From Lama guanicoe (Eukaryota), in contig MU054323.1 of the NCBI GenBank assembly GCA_013239625.1, positions 4,566,214 to 4,630,213 of the forward strand: a stretch of 64,000 nt of DNA, read 5' to 3'. The notes below the pieces were generated by a model. It searched no databases. It saw only the letters and a program-made list of their open reading frames with translations, and had not been told where the DNA came from. Of this stretch, positions 1-12,688 are shown in pieces (the stretch's first letter is position 1; each line of letters begins with the position of its first letter). The translations under genes were made by a program, and so were the position numbers.

Positions 1-496
1 AAAAAGAGTATGTATAGAACTTAGCACTTTTTACCCTCTCAAAAATTTCTTGGTATTCTTCCATTGTGTTTAAAATTGTTCATACAAATAGATTTATTTT
101 CCTTCATAAGGTAAGAGTTGTTTTCTCTGCCTGGATGCTGATGAAATATTTTTTCTCAAGTTTTGCAAAAATCTGTGCCTTGTGTTCTTGTTACTGTTTG
201 TTTGTTTCTTTTAGTTTTCCCAGCTTACTTGACTAATAATCCTGTGCTGGGCAATGTCTATGTTAACCTGATTGTCAGTTTAAAACGTTAAATCATCTTA
301 TGTGTAAGTGCTTTTATGTCTAATGCTGAATCGTTTTGAATTTAAATGTCATCAGATGCCACAGACCAATTCTCTTACAGTTATGATCAGAGACGGGAAA
401 TGAGGATATGAAAAACTTTTAAAAGTGAAAGATACTGTGAACGAAGCATAGAACTTAGTTCCTGCTTTCAAAGCACTCAAAACCATTTAGGCAAAT

Positions 497-940
497 GTAG
501 CCCAAAACATTGGTTTCCCACCCAGTGTCTGTTCACCCCTCCTTCCCTTAGGGGAGAACCGGAGAGCCACAGCCTCCCCTGCAGCGCGGGTAGACCTGTG
601 GCAGAATCTCTCCATTGACATGTAAATGAAATCTGCCCGGTGTTCTGGGAAGGTGTTTGCTCTGAATAACCAATGCAAATGAATGCATTTGCTGTGGTTC
701 CCCCACCCCGCTTCTTTCCTGACAGGAACATAAGTTTTGGAGTTGCAGCAACTATCTTGCAATCTTAATGAACCAACAGTGAGAAAAATGTACAGAACAT
801 CACAGGAGTGCCAGTCCCGAAAATGGTGTGCTTCTAAACAAATGACCACGACCCCTTTCAAACAGACTTCTGGTTATTTAAAGAAAACATCCTCAACTTA
901 CTTAAGCCACCATAAATCAAGTCTTCCATATATGCATCTG
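497..940 (+). mobile_element. Old MaLR solo LTR (MLT1J/I-like), degraded
   Basis: Contains MLT1-type motifs 'ggagttgcagcaactatcttgcaatc' and 3' 'cagacttctggttattt...cttaagccacc'. Boundaries approximate. Confidence 0.55.
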
Positions 941-2024
941 AGATATTAGAGGAAGTTAATTTCAGCAACCACACAAGAGAAGTCATAGTAAAAAGCCAGA
1001 TATGTGGTGTAGCTGAAAATGGTTATGTTTTCCCTTGGCTCCTTTACGTGCAAGGCAGCCTTCTTGCAGCCCTCTGAGAAAAGCCCTTTTGGCCCTGGAC
1101 TCTGGAACAACTGCCTTTCCAACCACATGCAATTGGTCTGCACCTTCTATTAACATCTCTTCACTGATCTCCCTGTTCAAAGCCTCTCGCTTTCTCTTTC
1201 CTAGAGACAAGATTGCAAGGTAATTAAATATTCTCCCTAGCCAGCAAAACTGGAAGGAGGGGGGGTGAGAATTTTTTTTCCCATTAAGCCTTTCAAGAGA
1301 GTATGTTGAGAGATCTTTCTTTTCTCTAACAAATTACTGAGTGAAACACAAGTGGTCAGAACCACTAGAGAGTGTCTCCAGACGCTTTCCTTAGGGAACG
1401 TAAAAATCCTGGCAAAACACTGGCATGTAAGAATCAAGAAATTAAACTGAGGGAAATAAATATAAGAAGTCAGTAACTGCTGGGACTTCATTTCCCACCC
1501 TCCCACCCTCCACCCCAGCACTGTAGAGAACTGGAATCTCCGAACCGAGAGCGCAGGAGGAAGTGACTTCAAGTTCTGAATTATCTACTTAGACTAGTTT
1601 TACCTTGATTTCTCATAATTATTAGTCCACAATGATGCTAGGCACTCTGCTGAGCAGTCAAAGGGAAACAAATATGTAAGCTGGACAAAGATGCTTTGGT
1701 CCTTGGAAGTTGGAAGCTTCTGTAATCACTGTGATGACAGCAAGTGACAGAACTGTGCCATGAAGTCTATTTTGGAGCTACAACCAAGCCCAACTCATCT
1801 AGAGGCTCTTTTCACGCAAATGGAATTTTCTGGGAAAAAGTCAATACCAATCACCTTGTGCTTTCCACACATACACACCATGTTTCTCATTTTTGAACCT
1901 GCCCTTTGTTCGTTAACTCATTGTGTTGAGCATGTAAAGATATTAGACGCTGATTTTCATAATTGAATTACCTCCCTCCAGTTACATCCCACACGTAGGA
2001 ACTTCAGCTTACCATGTGGTATAT

Positions 2025-2290
2025 GCATTGATCAGATCTCTTCATGTTTCAAGTAGAAGAAATTCAAATCGAGTTGGCTTTGGCAGAAAAGGAAAAGATT
2101 TACTGGCTCACGTAAAATATATATATTAAAAAAAATAGGTATTCCTGGCTGAGACAAATAGGAGTCAGGGCCTCAACACTCACCCAGAGTTATTTCGCAA
2201 GCCCTCCCCCATCCCTCTTTCACCTGGGTTTTACTTTGGATGTCACCGTTCCGTTTACCAGAATTCTCAAAGTATGGTTCTGGGATAGAA
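2025..2290 (-). mobile_element. MaLR LTR fragment (MLT1J/K/L-like)
   Basis: 'tttcaagtagaagaaattcaaatcgagttggcttt...aaagatttactggctcacgtaa' resembles the reverse-complement 3' end of old MLT1 LTRs. Confidence 0.45.
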
Positions 2291-2843
2291 CGAGCCACCA
2301 AAGACATTTCTGCGAGCCATTTTAATGTTCAGAAGGTGGGTGTAGGTTCCGGTGCTGTCGAAGTTAATACACAGAACTTCATGTTGTTACAGGTCTGCTG
2401 GCTCACCTGGCGGGCAGGAGTTGATCGCCAGGTGTGCAGCCTCCAGCAGACTGCTTCAGCTTCTCCAGTTGCTGGGTCAGGGATGTGTTCAGATTCATGT
2501 AGAAGGGCACCTTCTTGGGTAAGTAACCCACGTCGTCAAAACCAAGAGCTTAAAGGCAGTGAGAAATTGCCTCACTGGGTCCAGCTGATCATCATGGGTT
2601 CTAGGCCATCTCATGGCTCCTGTTTGTCCTTTCTCTCTAGAGCTTCATTTTCGTCTTTCCTTCCTGACTCCCTGACCTGTGGACTTTAGGCCCCAGCACC
2701 ATATGCAAAAGCAACAGTCGAAGACAATTTAACCCTCTCCTACAATCTCATCGTCAGCTCCCTATAATCACCTCCTTAGTCTAGATCACTCCAAGGGACT
2801 TCTCTCTACCCTGATTGATAAATTGCCTATTTGAAGTTAAAAA

Positions 2844-2844
<1 letters not shown>

Positions 2845-2874
<30 letters not shown>
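2845..2874. repeat. (AAT)n microsatellite
   Basis: About 10 perfect AAT units, read directly. Confidence 0.95.
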
Positions 2875-2878
<4 letters not shown>

Positions 2879-4099
2879 TCCATATCTGCTGAATTAATGA
2901 ACGAATGCAATAAATGAAGTTATTCTTGGTACACAAGACACATTCATTTACTTACCCGTTTGTAATACATCCTCCTACCTCTCCATCTGTTTATATCTGT
3001 ATCTCCATGTGTCCATCCATATGGCTAACTACCATTTTTAAATATTCATGAAAACAACTGTAAATAATGTAGAGGACTCTCTTGCATTTGCACCTGCCCT
3101 CAAGTGGAAGATGACGGCAGACCTGGGTCAGTAACATCATGTAGTTGGCTTCCAACACGGGGAAATGAAGACTCGCTTTTCCAGCGGAAAGTGCTGTGGA
3201 ATTTTAGGTTGATGAAGAGTAATTACCCGGGCAGTGAAGCAGCATGAAGCGCTGTAAATGGCTGCGTTAGAACGCTGATTGGGAGTCAGCTGATACCTTG
3301 CGTGAATTTTTCCATGAAATCTCAGCTGAAATACAACAAAATATCGGACAATTTTCTTCCCTTCCTCTAACCAATATCCTTCCTAGAAATATTTTATTTA
3401 TGTACTTTTATGTATCTGTTGTCAAACTAGACATACGCTTAATCAGATTTATCCATCCACATCCTGTTTGACTCCTTCATTAAATCATCATTGCAAGTGT
3501 TAGCAGTGATTCCTGGCCTTCGTTCTATTCACCACTGGACTGTAACTCACACAGAAGCTCCGATAGGGCTCAAGGTCGTGACACAGGAGAGATGAGAGTC
3601 CGTCTGCTGCAGTCTCTCACTTGGCCTTGCCCATTCACTCTCCTTTCAGTCTCTGAGCTGCCCTTTCTTGCCAGGCATAGCGGAAAAGTGCCCCTACCCA
3701 GTGAATGTCCCTTTCCAACATTCTCTTCAGAGATCTCTCGTACTTCCCACGGCTCCTGTCTTTCTCTGACTCTCAGGCACGTACCTTTGAGTAAAACTGC
3801 CAGCAGCAAATGTCATCCTTTTTCTTTTATCAATAGTCTTTCAGAGTTTGCACAAGTGACTTGCTTCTCAACTGCTGCTGAGCAGTAGAGCGAGCACAGG
3901 GGCATTTTACATGGAAAGAGCATTTCCGCTGCAGAGAGACTCCTCAACTCTCTGAGATGCGATTCCCGGGATGTGCAGCCTGGGAGGCTTGTGCTGAGCA
4001 TGGAGACGAAAGGTGGCAACTTAAGCAGCTGCTCAGTGCTCCGAGGAACAGTTCTCATTCCTGGATTAAGGAAGAGAAAGGAGAAAGAGAAGGATTTCA

Positions 4100-4400
4100 C
4101 TGTATTCACTTAATAAACATCGAGTCTCTACTCGTGTTTGGGACATGGAAAAAAGGCTCATTCCCTGACCTCACGGTGCCTACAGTCTAGAAGGAAAGAC
4201 AGCCAGAAAATGACTTAAAAAATAAAATAAGTATAAATTCTACTAAGTTCTAAGCAAGTGTGATGAGAGTAGTAACTAACTGGGAAGAGAAAGAAGGACA
4301 GGGACCCTATGTTAGTTAAAGTCTCCTGGTCACCTTCTAAAAGGAGGTGACATTTAGCTGAGCCGTGAAAAAATGAGCAAGCAGTCTCGTGAAGAATCTT
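4100..4400 (-). mobile_element. LINE-2 3' fragment
   Basis: 'attcacttaataaacat...ccctgacctcacggtgcctacagtctag...gaggtgacatttagctgag' matches the antisense L2 3' end. Confidence 0.65.
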
Positions 4401-4594
4401 AGTTTTAGGTGTTCCTAACCATCCTTCTTTTGAGCCTGGGGAGGGACCACATAATGCAGATTCCTCTAGGACCTCCTGGTACCTGGCTGTGTGTTCTGTC
4501 CGCTGCCCCATCTACTGCCCCAGCTGCTCACAGCCAAGGAGTAGTAACTGATCTTGCATTCGATTTTTCCCAGGGAGACGAGTGTCCTTACCAC

Positions 4595-4700
4595 GAGTGA
4601 CACACATACTGTGCACCTACTGTGTAGAAGTCACTGAGCTGGGCACATTGATAGATGCATAAGAGATATGAAATGCAGATCCTGTTACCAAGAAATGACC
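4595..4700 (-). mobile_element. LINE-2 3' tail fragment
   Basis: 'tactgtgcacctactgtgtagaagtcactgagctgggcac' is an L2 tail motif. Confidence 0.5.
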
Positions 4701-5644
4701 TTGATTATTCCATACAAGGAGAAAAGGGAGCCAGGATATTTTGGAGAAGTAAAATCTGTGATTCATTATAGCTAAAAAAATAGAACAAGGTGCTTTCTTA
4801 AGACCACACTACTCACTTGAAAATGGGACCCAAAATGTAATATTAGCATGAATTTATCATTCCCCAATGGGTAAGTTACCCTTGCAGCTCCACAAAAGTT
4901 TAACTGACTACTCTGCACCTATGATAAGCTCTTGAAATAAGAGTGTATTTAAGATGTTTCTGCCTTTGAGAGATGCGTAGATGCACTTTGCTATTAACCA
5001 CAATTTACTCAGCAAAAGTGCAGTGTTACATATATTGTAGCTTTTCTTGGAAAATTATAGATTCACACACAGATTTATTTTCTGTGTTGTCTCTGTATAA
5101 CGTCCTTATCTTCCCTGTCCCCACTGCTTTTTCACTTCAAGGCAGAATTCTTGTTCGCAGACCCTGTGTTACAAGGCAGTGTGCATGCCGAGACAGTCAT
5201 CTGCCTGAACACAATAAGCATTTGCAGCAGAAAGTACGGGATAAATAGAAAGCCAATGAGAAGGGAAATAGGGTGTTTATGAGACACTGCTGAATGAGCA
5301 GAGAGAAAGCAAATCACTGGAAGGTGGCACTGCCTACAGCACGTACCTCGCTAGCACCACGTCTTTACTCTCTGCCCACACCTGTGCCTACACGCGCAAG
5401 CAGGCACACACACGTGCACACCCACATGCACGGCTTTGCATCCCCCTCCCCTGAAGGCTGCTGGCACATGTCTGTAGGCTTTATCATTGCTCACGGGAGA
5501 CTGTTTGGTTTACCGCAAAATGGGAGGTGGACAAACCTGGTTTTAAATCTCAGTTCTACCAATTAGTAGGATTAGTGTGAGGACCAGGTCCTGGCTCAAG
5601 GCTAGCATTCAATGGATGGTCACCATTGTATTAGGTGGATGGAG

Positions 5645-6830
5645 AGGTACCATTTTTGGAAGGCAATAGACTAAATTAACTGTTCAATTTACCTAGAACA
5701 AACATTTAAAAAAGAAAGATAAAATTTAGCAACAAACGCTCTTAAAATATTTGAAATACGTGGATGAACTCTTAAAAACTTAAATGCCTGAGAATTTCTT
5801 CCAGAAGTGAAGAGGGAACTGAAAGTAAGAGCAATGAGCATCTGAAGTGATGCTTTGGTCTTCCAGGGGGAGGGATGGTTGGGGGCAGCTTAAGGCTGAG
5901 AACATGTGTTAATTTTGGCTTTTTAAGCCACTAATGGGGAGGTAGATAAGACCTGGGTGTGTGAGAAACAGGGAGTTTAGACAAAGGCCCCTTTGTAGAT
6001 CCAGTGACCCCAACAGGCCTTACTCTATGGAAAGTGGGGAAAAAAAAAATCCAACATAACCTGCACAAGAGTAGGACAAATATGCATCACATGCTTGACA
6101 CTGGAAGTGAATGAGGAAGGGCTAAGGAAATAAGGACTTGGTAAAAGCTGTGTAATAATGTCCTTTCTCATTCCATCACTTTGGGCTCTAACTCGTCTAC
6201 ACCCCAGAGGAAGGCTGGAGGTTTATTCTCTAAGGATGTTAAAGTGGGTGGTCTCTGACACGGGGGAATCCAGGCACTACCGTGGCATGAAAAGAAGCAT
6301 GTCTATGATGAATGCTGAACCTGAGTCCCCAGCCCGCATCCCAACGTGGCTTCTGAAATCCTGGAAGCTATATCCTTACCCAGGCAGAAGATTGGGAGAT
6401 TTTTTTCCCCCTTAGATCACTTAGCTAACCCAAGAGGAAAGGCCTGAAGATACTGTGGCATGGGGGCTAATTGCCAACACGGTCCGCCACATCACCAAGT
6501 GTGAAATTGAAGTCAACACCCTGCCCTCCCCGTCAGTGCGTCTATCCTGTTGTACTTTTCCACTCTTCTCTTAATGATGAGAATGAAATGTCACCAGACA
6601 TTGGGGAGATCCTCCAATAAGGAACATCGTTATCAGAATAAAGAGGAAAAGGCACCTTGGAGAAAACAGAGACTATGGAGGAGGAAAGAAAAAGAAAGGA
6701 AAAGACAAACTATCATTAATGTCCTCAAAGAGACAAGGGGAATATTGCATCCTGGAAACTCACTGAATTGCCACCCAAAAAAAAGGAAAAAAAAAGAAAA
6801 GAAGAGAAATAAGGGGTTAGGATAAAGTGA
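5645..6830 (+). mobile_element. HAL1 / ancient L1 5'-ORF1 region, degraded
   Basis: 6590-6760 'tcaccagacattggggagatcctccaa...gaaaacagagactatggagg...actatcattaatgtcctcaaagagacaaggggaatattgcatcc' resembles the recalled HAL1 ORF1 start. Strongly A-rich plus strand. Confidence 0.55.
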
Positions 6831-6879
6831 AGAAGAATAATATACATTTTCAAAAAGATAAAGTCTGAGAGTTTCCCAT

Positions 6880-8290
6880 TCATAAACTCTTATGGAAACA
6901 ATTGCTAAATCAATATACTTCAGAAATAATAACTTTGTAAGATAAATAGATGAAATAGAATGCAAAAAAAAAAAGAATGGGGAACAAGTAGATTAGTAAA
7001 CATTCTGATACATGCATTCATTTTTTTGAAAGCAAGAGTATGTTTAACTAATTTTATGATATAAAAACAAACTGAAATTATATTAGCCAAAGTTGATTAC
7101 AAGGAGACTGGGAGATTGATGACAAAGCAGACTGAGGTCTCTGCGTCACTAAGGAGGAGGGTAATGATATGATTAACTTTAGGTTTTGATAAGCATGCAG
7201 GGTACAGAATATATATATGTGTGTGTGTGTGTGTATAAATATATATATATACACACACATACATTGCACATATGTATGTATACAAAGAATATATAACTTT
7301 TAAATTAGTGAATGGGAGCAAGGCAACTAAAGAAAATGTAATCCAATGGAAAGAAGAAATTGAGGCAAATTTGAAGGAAAGAGAAATCATGGTAAATGAG
7401 TAGCAAAAAATGAGATGAAATAGATTTCATACACCAACATACACGCACATACATATATGTTTATTTATTTGCATACATATTTACATATAAAATAAAATTT
7501 ACATATTAAAATCATCTAAAATTATAGGGAAAATAAACTAGAATTCTGAATAAGACCAAAAATGCCAATTAAAATCATTGTGATACAGTATTACATCAGT
7601 CATATTTATAGAAATTTACAATTGTAATGAAACTGAATTTTGGAAAAATTATGTGGAAATAGGCAACTTTATGCATAGTTAATGTAAGAATAAATTCACA
7701 GTCTTTTAGAGTAATTTGACAACATCTAGTGAAGATTAAAAATAAAGCTATCTGATAACACAGCAGTCCCAGTCCCGGATACTCCCCATAAGTGTGGTCT
7801 CCAGAGAAACTCACACACGCACAAAACATATGTCAAAGTAGTAGTCATTGTAGAAATGTTGGTGATTGTAAAGACATTGAAACAACCAAACTGATCCACA
7901 ATAGATGAGTAACCTGATTTGTTCATGTCGGAGTATTCTATTGTCATTAAAACACGTGACCTATATTTGTATGGACCAACTGAAACATAATTTAGCAGTG
8001 GCGTAAACATTGGCATGAAAGTATAAAACAACGAATGCTAGCCATCTCAGCCATAGGAGACCAAGTATCTCTAGAGAGGGAGCAGGGGAGGGGAGGAGAA
8101 GGCGAGGGAGGTATTTTGCTGAATCTATGCAGTTACCTTCCTCTTAAAACAAAAAGGAAAGCTGAAGCCATTTGTCAGAAATGTAAAAGTCTTTCTCATC
8201 TTCGTGTCGAACTGCACAAATGGCTATGGTATAATTTCCTGTGATTCTCCATAGTTTTGAAATAATTCATTATTTTAAATTAAAAGAATA
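6880..8290 (+). mobile_element. L1ME-like fragments including 3' UTR
   Basis: Motifs 'gaaactcacacacgcacaaaacatatgtcaaag...attgtaaagacattgaaacaaccaaactgatccacaatagatgag', a G-rich tract near 8080-8110 and an A-rich end near 8270-8290. Confidence 0.6.
7209..7280. repeat. Compound (TA)n-(TG)n-(TA)n-(CA)n microsatellite
   Basis: Read directly. The TG and CA arms are mutually complementary. Confidence 0.9.
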
Positions 8291-9144
8291 CAATAAGTGA
8301 ATGAAAAGGTAGAGAAGTGAGAGGAATTAGCGTCCTCAGAGTCATGTAAATTTTACATGTAGCCCGCTGTTTCGCAGCAGTATAATTAAAATGAAAACTG
8401 TCTAATGATATTTCCTTTGACATACCATTCTACGTACGAAGGATTGTCTCTATATAAATGACTTAGGAAAGCTTATTGTAAATGCGATCATCAAAACAGC
8501 AAATTGCTCCTGGAATTTAGAATGGGAAGACACAGAATTTTCTGAGTGCAATTAGTGTTCTTTCCTAACATGTGATATTAAGGCACACCTAAGGGTAAAT
8601 CTCCTTTAATATCACTTACGCGTGTATTTGCAGCTTAGTTCCCAAAGAGTACACTTTAAAATACTCTGATGAGGTGCACTGTTGAATTAACCAAACACTG
8701 CCTAAGTGGTCTACTTGGAAGAGGAGTGAGAAGAATGCACGTTCTAAGGTTTGTGTTAAACCCATAGTCATAGTTTCTATATCTGATCATTATCCTGGCA
8801 TCTCCCTACCCTGAGTAGGTTATTAGTGCAAGGAAAGGACTTGTAAACGGGCCCTGTATTAGGACAACCATCTGCTTAGTACTAGCTTCACAGCCCCCTG
8901 AAAACAGCTCTGTTGTAGCACTGACCACAAATACTGTGCCTATGGCTCATTTATCTGATTCTTCCATTGATTGTGTAGTGCACTAATTTTTTAAGCAGAT
9001 TTTTCATTTAAAACAAATATTTATCTAGATTTAACAGTGTGTGGACTAGGGACATGTAAGATCCAAAATTTACTCACCAGGAGCTAACAGATTAGTACAA
9101 CCATTCTCTATCCTAGCAGAAAACTGAAAACCTTGCAGGAGGAG

Positions 9145-9164
9145 TGTGTGTGTGTGTGTGTACG

Positions 9165-9204
<40 letters not shown>

Positions 9205-9205
9205 G
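9145..9205. repeat. (TG)n/(TA)n compound microsatellite
   Basis: Read directly. Confidence 0.95.
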
Positions 9206-9372
9206 ATATGTTTTCTACCTCCATAGAGTATTCTAAAGTTCAGGTAAGACAGAAAATTAATGAATTACAGTTGTACATACGTAGTACTTCATAGGAATGG
9301 TCCATCTGCATTAAGCAATATACATTGAAGGTTAATTTCGGCTATGCTGACTATACCAACATATGTGACTTT

Positions 9373-11747
9373 TAAGACAATTTTTAGAGCAGTTTTAGAT
9401 TTACAACAAACTTGAGGGAAAAGTACAAAGATTCTCATACATCCCCTTGCCTCCGCACGCACATAGCCTCCCTGTTATCAGTATCACTCACCAAAATGGT
9501 ACATATTTTTACCAAGGATGGATGAACCTACATTGACACATCATAATCACTCCAAGTCCATCATTTACCTTAGGGTTCACTCTTGGTGTTAGAAGTTCTG
9601 TGGGTTTGGAGAAACATATAATGACATATATTCATCATTTTAATTTCTGAGTTTTTCACTGACCTAAAATTCCTCTGTGTTGCTTATCTGTCTCTCCTCC
9701 TCCTCCCTCGTACCCCTGCAATCCCTGATTTGTTGAAGGTCTCCCTAGTTTTGCCCTTTCCAGAACGTCATATAGTTGGAATCATGCAGCTCGTAGCCTT
9801 TTCAGGTTGGCTTCTTTCACTTAGTAGCATGTACTTAAGTTTCCTCTGTGTCTTTTCATGAATTGATAGCTCATTTATTTTTAGCACTGAATAATATTTC
9901 ATTGTCTGGATGCATCACAGTTTATATATCCATTCACCTACTGAAGGACATCTTTGTTGCGTCCAAGTTTTGGCAATTTTTGTAAGTAAAGCTGCTACAC
10001 ATATCCACATGTAGGTTTTTGTGTGGAGGTAAGTTTTCAGCTCTTTTGGTTAAATAACAAGGAGTGTGAGTTCTGGATCATATGGTTAGAGTATATTTAG
10101 TTTTATAAGCTGCCAAACTGTCTTCCAAGGTGACTGTAGCATTTTGCATTTCCCAAATCAACGAATTAGAGTTCCTATTGCTCCACATCCTCACCAGCGT
10201 TTGGTGTTGTCAGTGTTCTGGATTTTGGCCATTTTAATATCTATATATATATAGTTGTATCTCATATTAATTTGCTTTTCCCTGATGGCACATGATTTGG
10301 GACATTTTTCCGTATGCTCATTTGCCATCTGTATATCTTCTTTGGTGATGGATCTGTCAATGTCTTTGGCCAATTTCTTAATCATGTTGTTTGTTGTCTT
10401 GTTGTTGAGTTTTAAGTGTTCTTTGTACATTTTAGACGACAGTCCTTTATCACATGTGTCTTTTGCAGACATTTTCCCCAAGTTTGTGTCTTATTTTCAA
10501 AGTCTCTTTGATACTGCATTCTGCAAAGCAGAAATTTTTAATTTGAATGAAGTCCAGCTTATCCGTGATTTTTTTCATGGATTGTCTTTGGTGCTATATC
10601 TAAAAAGGCATTGCCATACCCAAGGTCATCTAGGTTTTCTGCTGTGTTGTCTTCTAGTAGTTTTATAGTTTTGCAGTTTATATGTAGGTCTCTGAGCCTT
10701 TTTAATTTTTGTGAATAGAGTAAGGTCTGTATCTAGATTCTTTTTTTTTTTTTTTGCATGTGGCTATCCAATGGTTCTAACACCAGTTGTTGAAAAGACT
10801 ATCCTGTCTCCATTGTATTGTCTTTGTTCTTTTGTCAAAGATCAGTTGACTATATTTATGAGGGTCTATTTCTGGGATCTCAGGAGGAGGTTATAGCTCA
10901 AGTGGTAAAGCACATGCTTAGCATGTACAAGGTCCTGGGTTCAATCCCCAGGACTGCTTTTAAAAATAGATAAATAAGCCTGATTACCTATCTCCCCCCA
11001 AAAAATCTATTTCTGGGTTCTCTATTCTGCTCCATTGATCTATTTTTCTCGCCAATACCTCACTGTCCTGATTATTGTAGCTTTATGGTCTTGAAGTCTC
11101 CAACTTTGTTCTTCTCCAATATTGGGTTGTCTCTTCTAGGTCTTTTGCCTCTCTACGTAAATTTCAGAATCAGTTTGTTGATATCCATAAAATGATTTTC
11201 TGGCATTTTGATTGGGATTGCATTGAATCTACAGATCAAAGTGGGAAGAACTGACATCTTGACAATATTGAGTCTTTCTGCTTGGGAACATAGATTATCT
11301 ATCCATTTATTTAGTTCTTCTTTGATTTATTTAATCAGGATTTTTATCATTTTCTCACATAGATCTTATATACATTTTGTTAGATTTATACCTAAGCATT
11401 TCACCTTTAGGGTGCTAATACAAATGGCATTATGTTTTTAATTTCACATTCCACTTGTTCTTTGCTGGAGTAGAAGAAAGCACTTGAGTTTTTATAATAG
11501 GCTTGTATCCTGCAGTGTTGCTATAATCACTTATTAGTTCCAGGAGCTTTTTCATAGGTGGATTAGGATGTTTCACATAGACAGTAATCTAGATTGCAAA
11601 CAAAGACAGCTTTGTGTCTTCCTTTCCAATCTATATACCTTTTACTCCCTCTTCTTGCCTTACTGCATTTAGTAAGAACTTTTAGTACAGTGTTGAAGTA
11701 ATGAGAGGGGACATCCTTGCCTTGTGTCCCATCTTAATGGGAAAGCT
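9373..11747 (-). mobile_element. 5'-truncated LINE-1 (L1MC-like 3' UTR plus ORF2 C-terminal part), with TSD
   Basis: 3' terminus 'tttttagagcagttttagatttacaac...aagtacaaagattctcatac'. ORF 10191..10481 (-) gives decayed L1 ORF2 peptide (DKGLSSKMYKEHLKLN..KEDIQMANEH). The 5' end reads AFPLR.xTRQGCPLS on minus. Flanks tatgtgacttt (9362-9372) and tatgtgatttt (11751-11761). Confidence 0.92.
10882..11005 (+). mobile_element. tRNA-Ala-derived SINE (camelid Vic-1-like), nested in L1
   Basis: A-box 'tagctcaagtgg', anticodon arm 'gcttagcatg', B-box 'ggttcaatccc', AT-rich tail. 17-bp TSD tctatttctgggatctc (10865-10881) / tctatttctgggttctc (11006-11022). Confidence 0.9.
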
Positions 11748-12384
11748 ATGTATGTGATTTTAACCAGCTGAACTATACTGTTTTACCCTTTAGTGAGAAC
11801 TACTTCACAAGGATAGTGAATCACTCTGTAGTGTTGCACAGGGTTCTAGGGAATAAGACAGCAGCTGCTCTATGTTCCTGCTTCCAAGCATGGCAATTTT
11901 TCAAATGCCCCAGGCCAAGGACTTTTCTTTTATTTTAGGTCTTGTAGTTCTACAGTGATCTCCGCTCTCACGCAGCTGAGATTTCTGGGAGAATTGCAAG
12001 AACCTGAAATATGAGCCAGTGGAATTCAGCCAGCATGGCTGTATCTTTTCACGCACCTGCGGGGAACTAAGATGCCTTCCCTTTTTGTTCCTGTCTTTTG
12101 TCTGCCTTGCCTAATCATTTTCATTCCCCTTTCATTGTCCTCCAGATTCATCCTTTTGGAATCCTTCTAGCATAGTTAGCCTACCTCCCTCTTATTTCTC
12201 ATCCCTCTTGTCCGGCTTCTGAAGTTCTGCGTATTTTGAAACAAGGGTTGCTCCTTGGGTTTTGTCTTCTTTTAGAGACCACCTGAATGGCTCTGTTCAC
12301 TGACTTTTCTGGCTGAGGAATGGCGGACCTAAAGACCGTTGAGCCAAATCGCTTCCATTTCCAACGTTCAGTCATGAAACAGTG

Positions 12385-12585
12385 TCTCCCTCCTTTGTTC
12401 TTCTTTCCTCCATCCTTCCCTCCCTCCCTTTCTTCCTTCTTTCCTCTCTCCCCTCTCTCCCTTCCTCCTCCCTCTCTCCCTCCCTCCCTTTCTTTCTTCC
12501 TCCCTCCCTCCCTCTCTCTCTCTTTCTCTCTCTTCTTCCTTCCTTTCTCTCTCTCCTTCCTTCCTTCCTTCCTTTCTTTCCCTCC

Positions 12586-12645
<60 letters not shown>

Positions 12646-12688
12646 TTTCTTTCTTTCTTTTCTTTCTTTCTCTTCCTTTCTTCCTTTC
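12385..12688. repeat. ~300-bp polypyrimidine low-complexity tract with (TTTC)n core
   Basis: Almost purely C/T on plus. (TCCC)n, (TC)n, (TTCC)n and (TTTC)n blocks, the last at about 12587-12670. Confidence 0.95.

Noticed and set aside
10191..10668. ORFs resembling L1 ORF2p or a hydrophobic membrane protein
   Set aside because: Sense and antisense translations of a decayed L1; not functional CDS.
10885..10960. Possible tRNA-Ala(AGC) gene (also 17995-18067)
   Set aside because: It has a SINE tail and TSDs, mismatched stems, and sits inside an L1, so it is a SINE rather than a tRNA gene.
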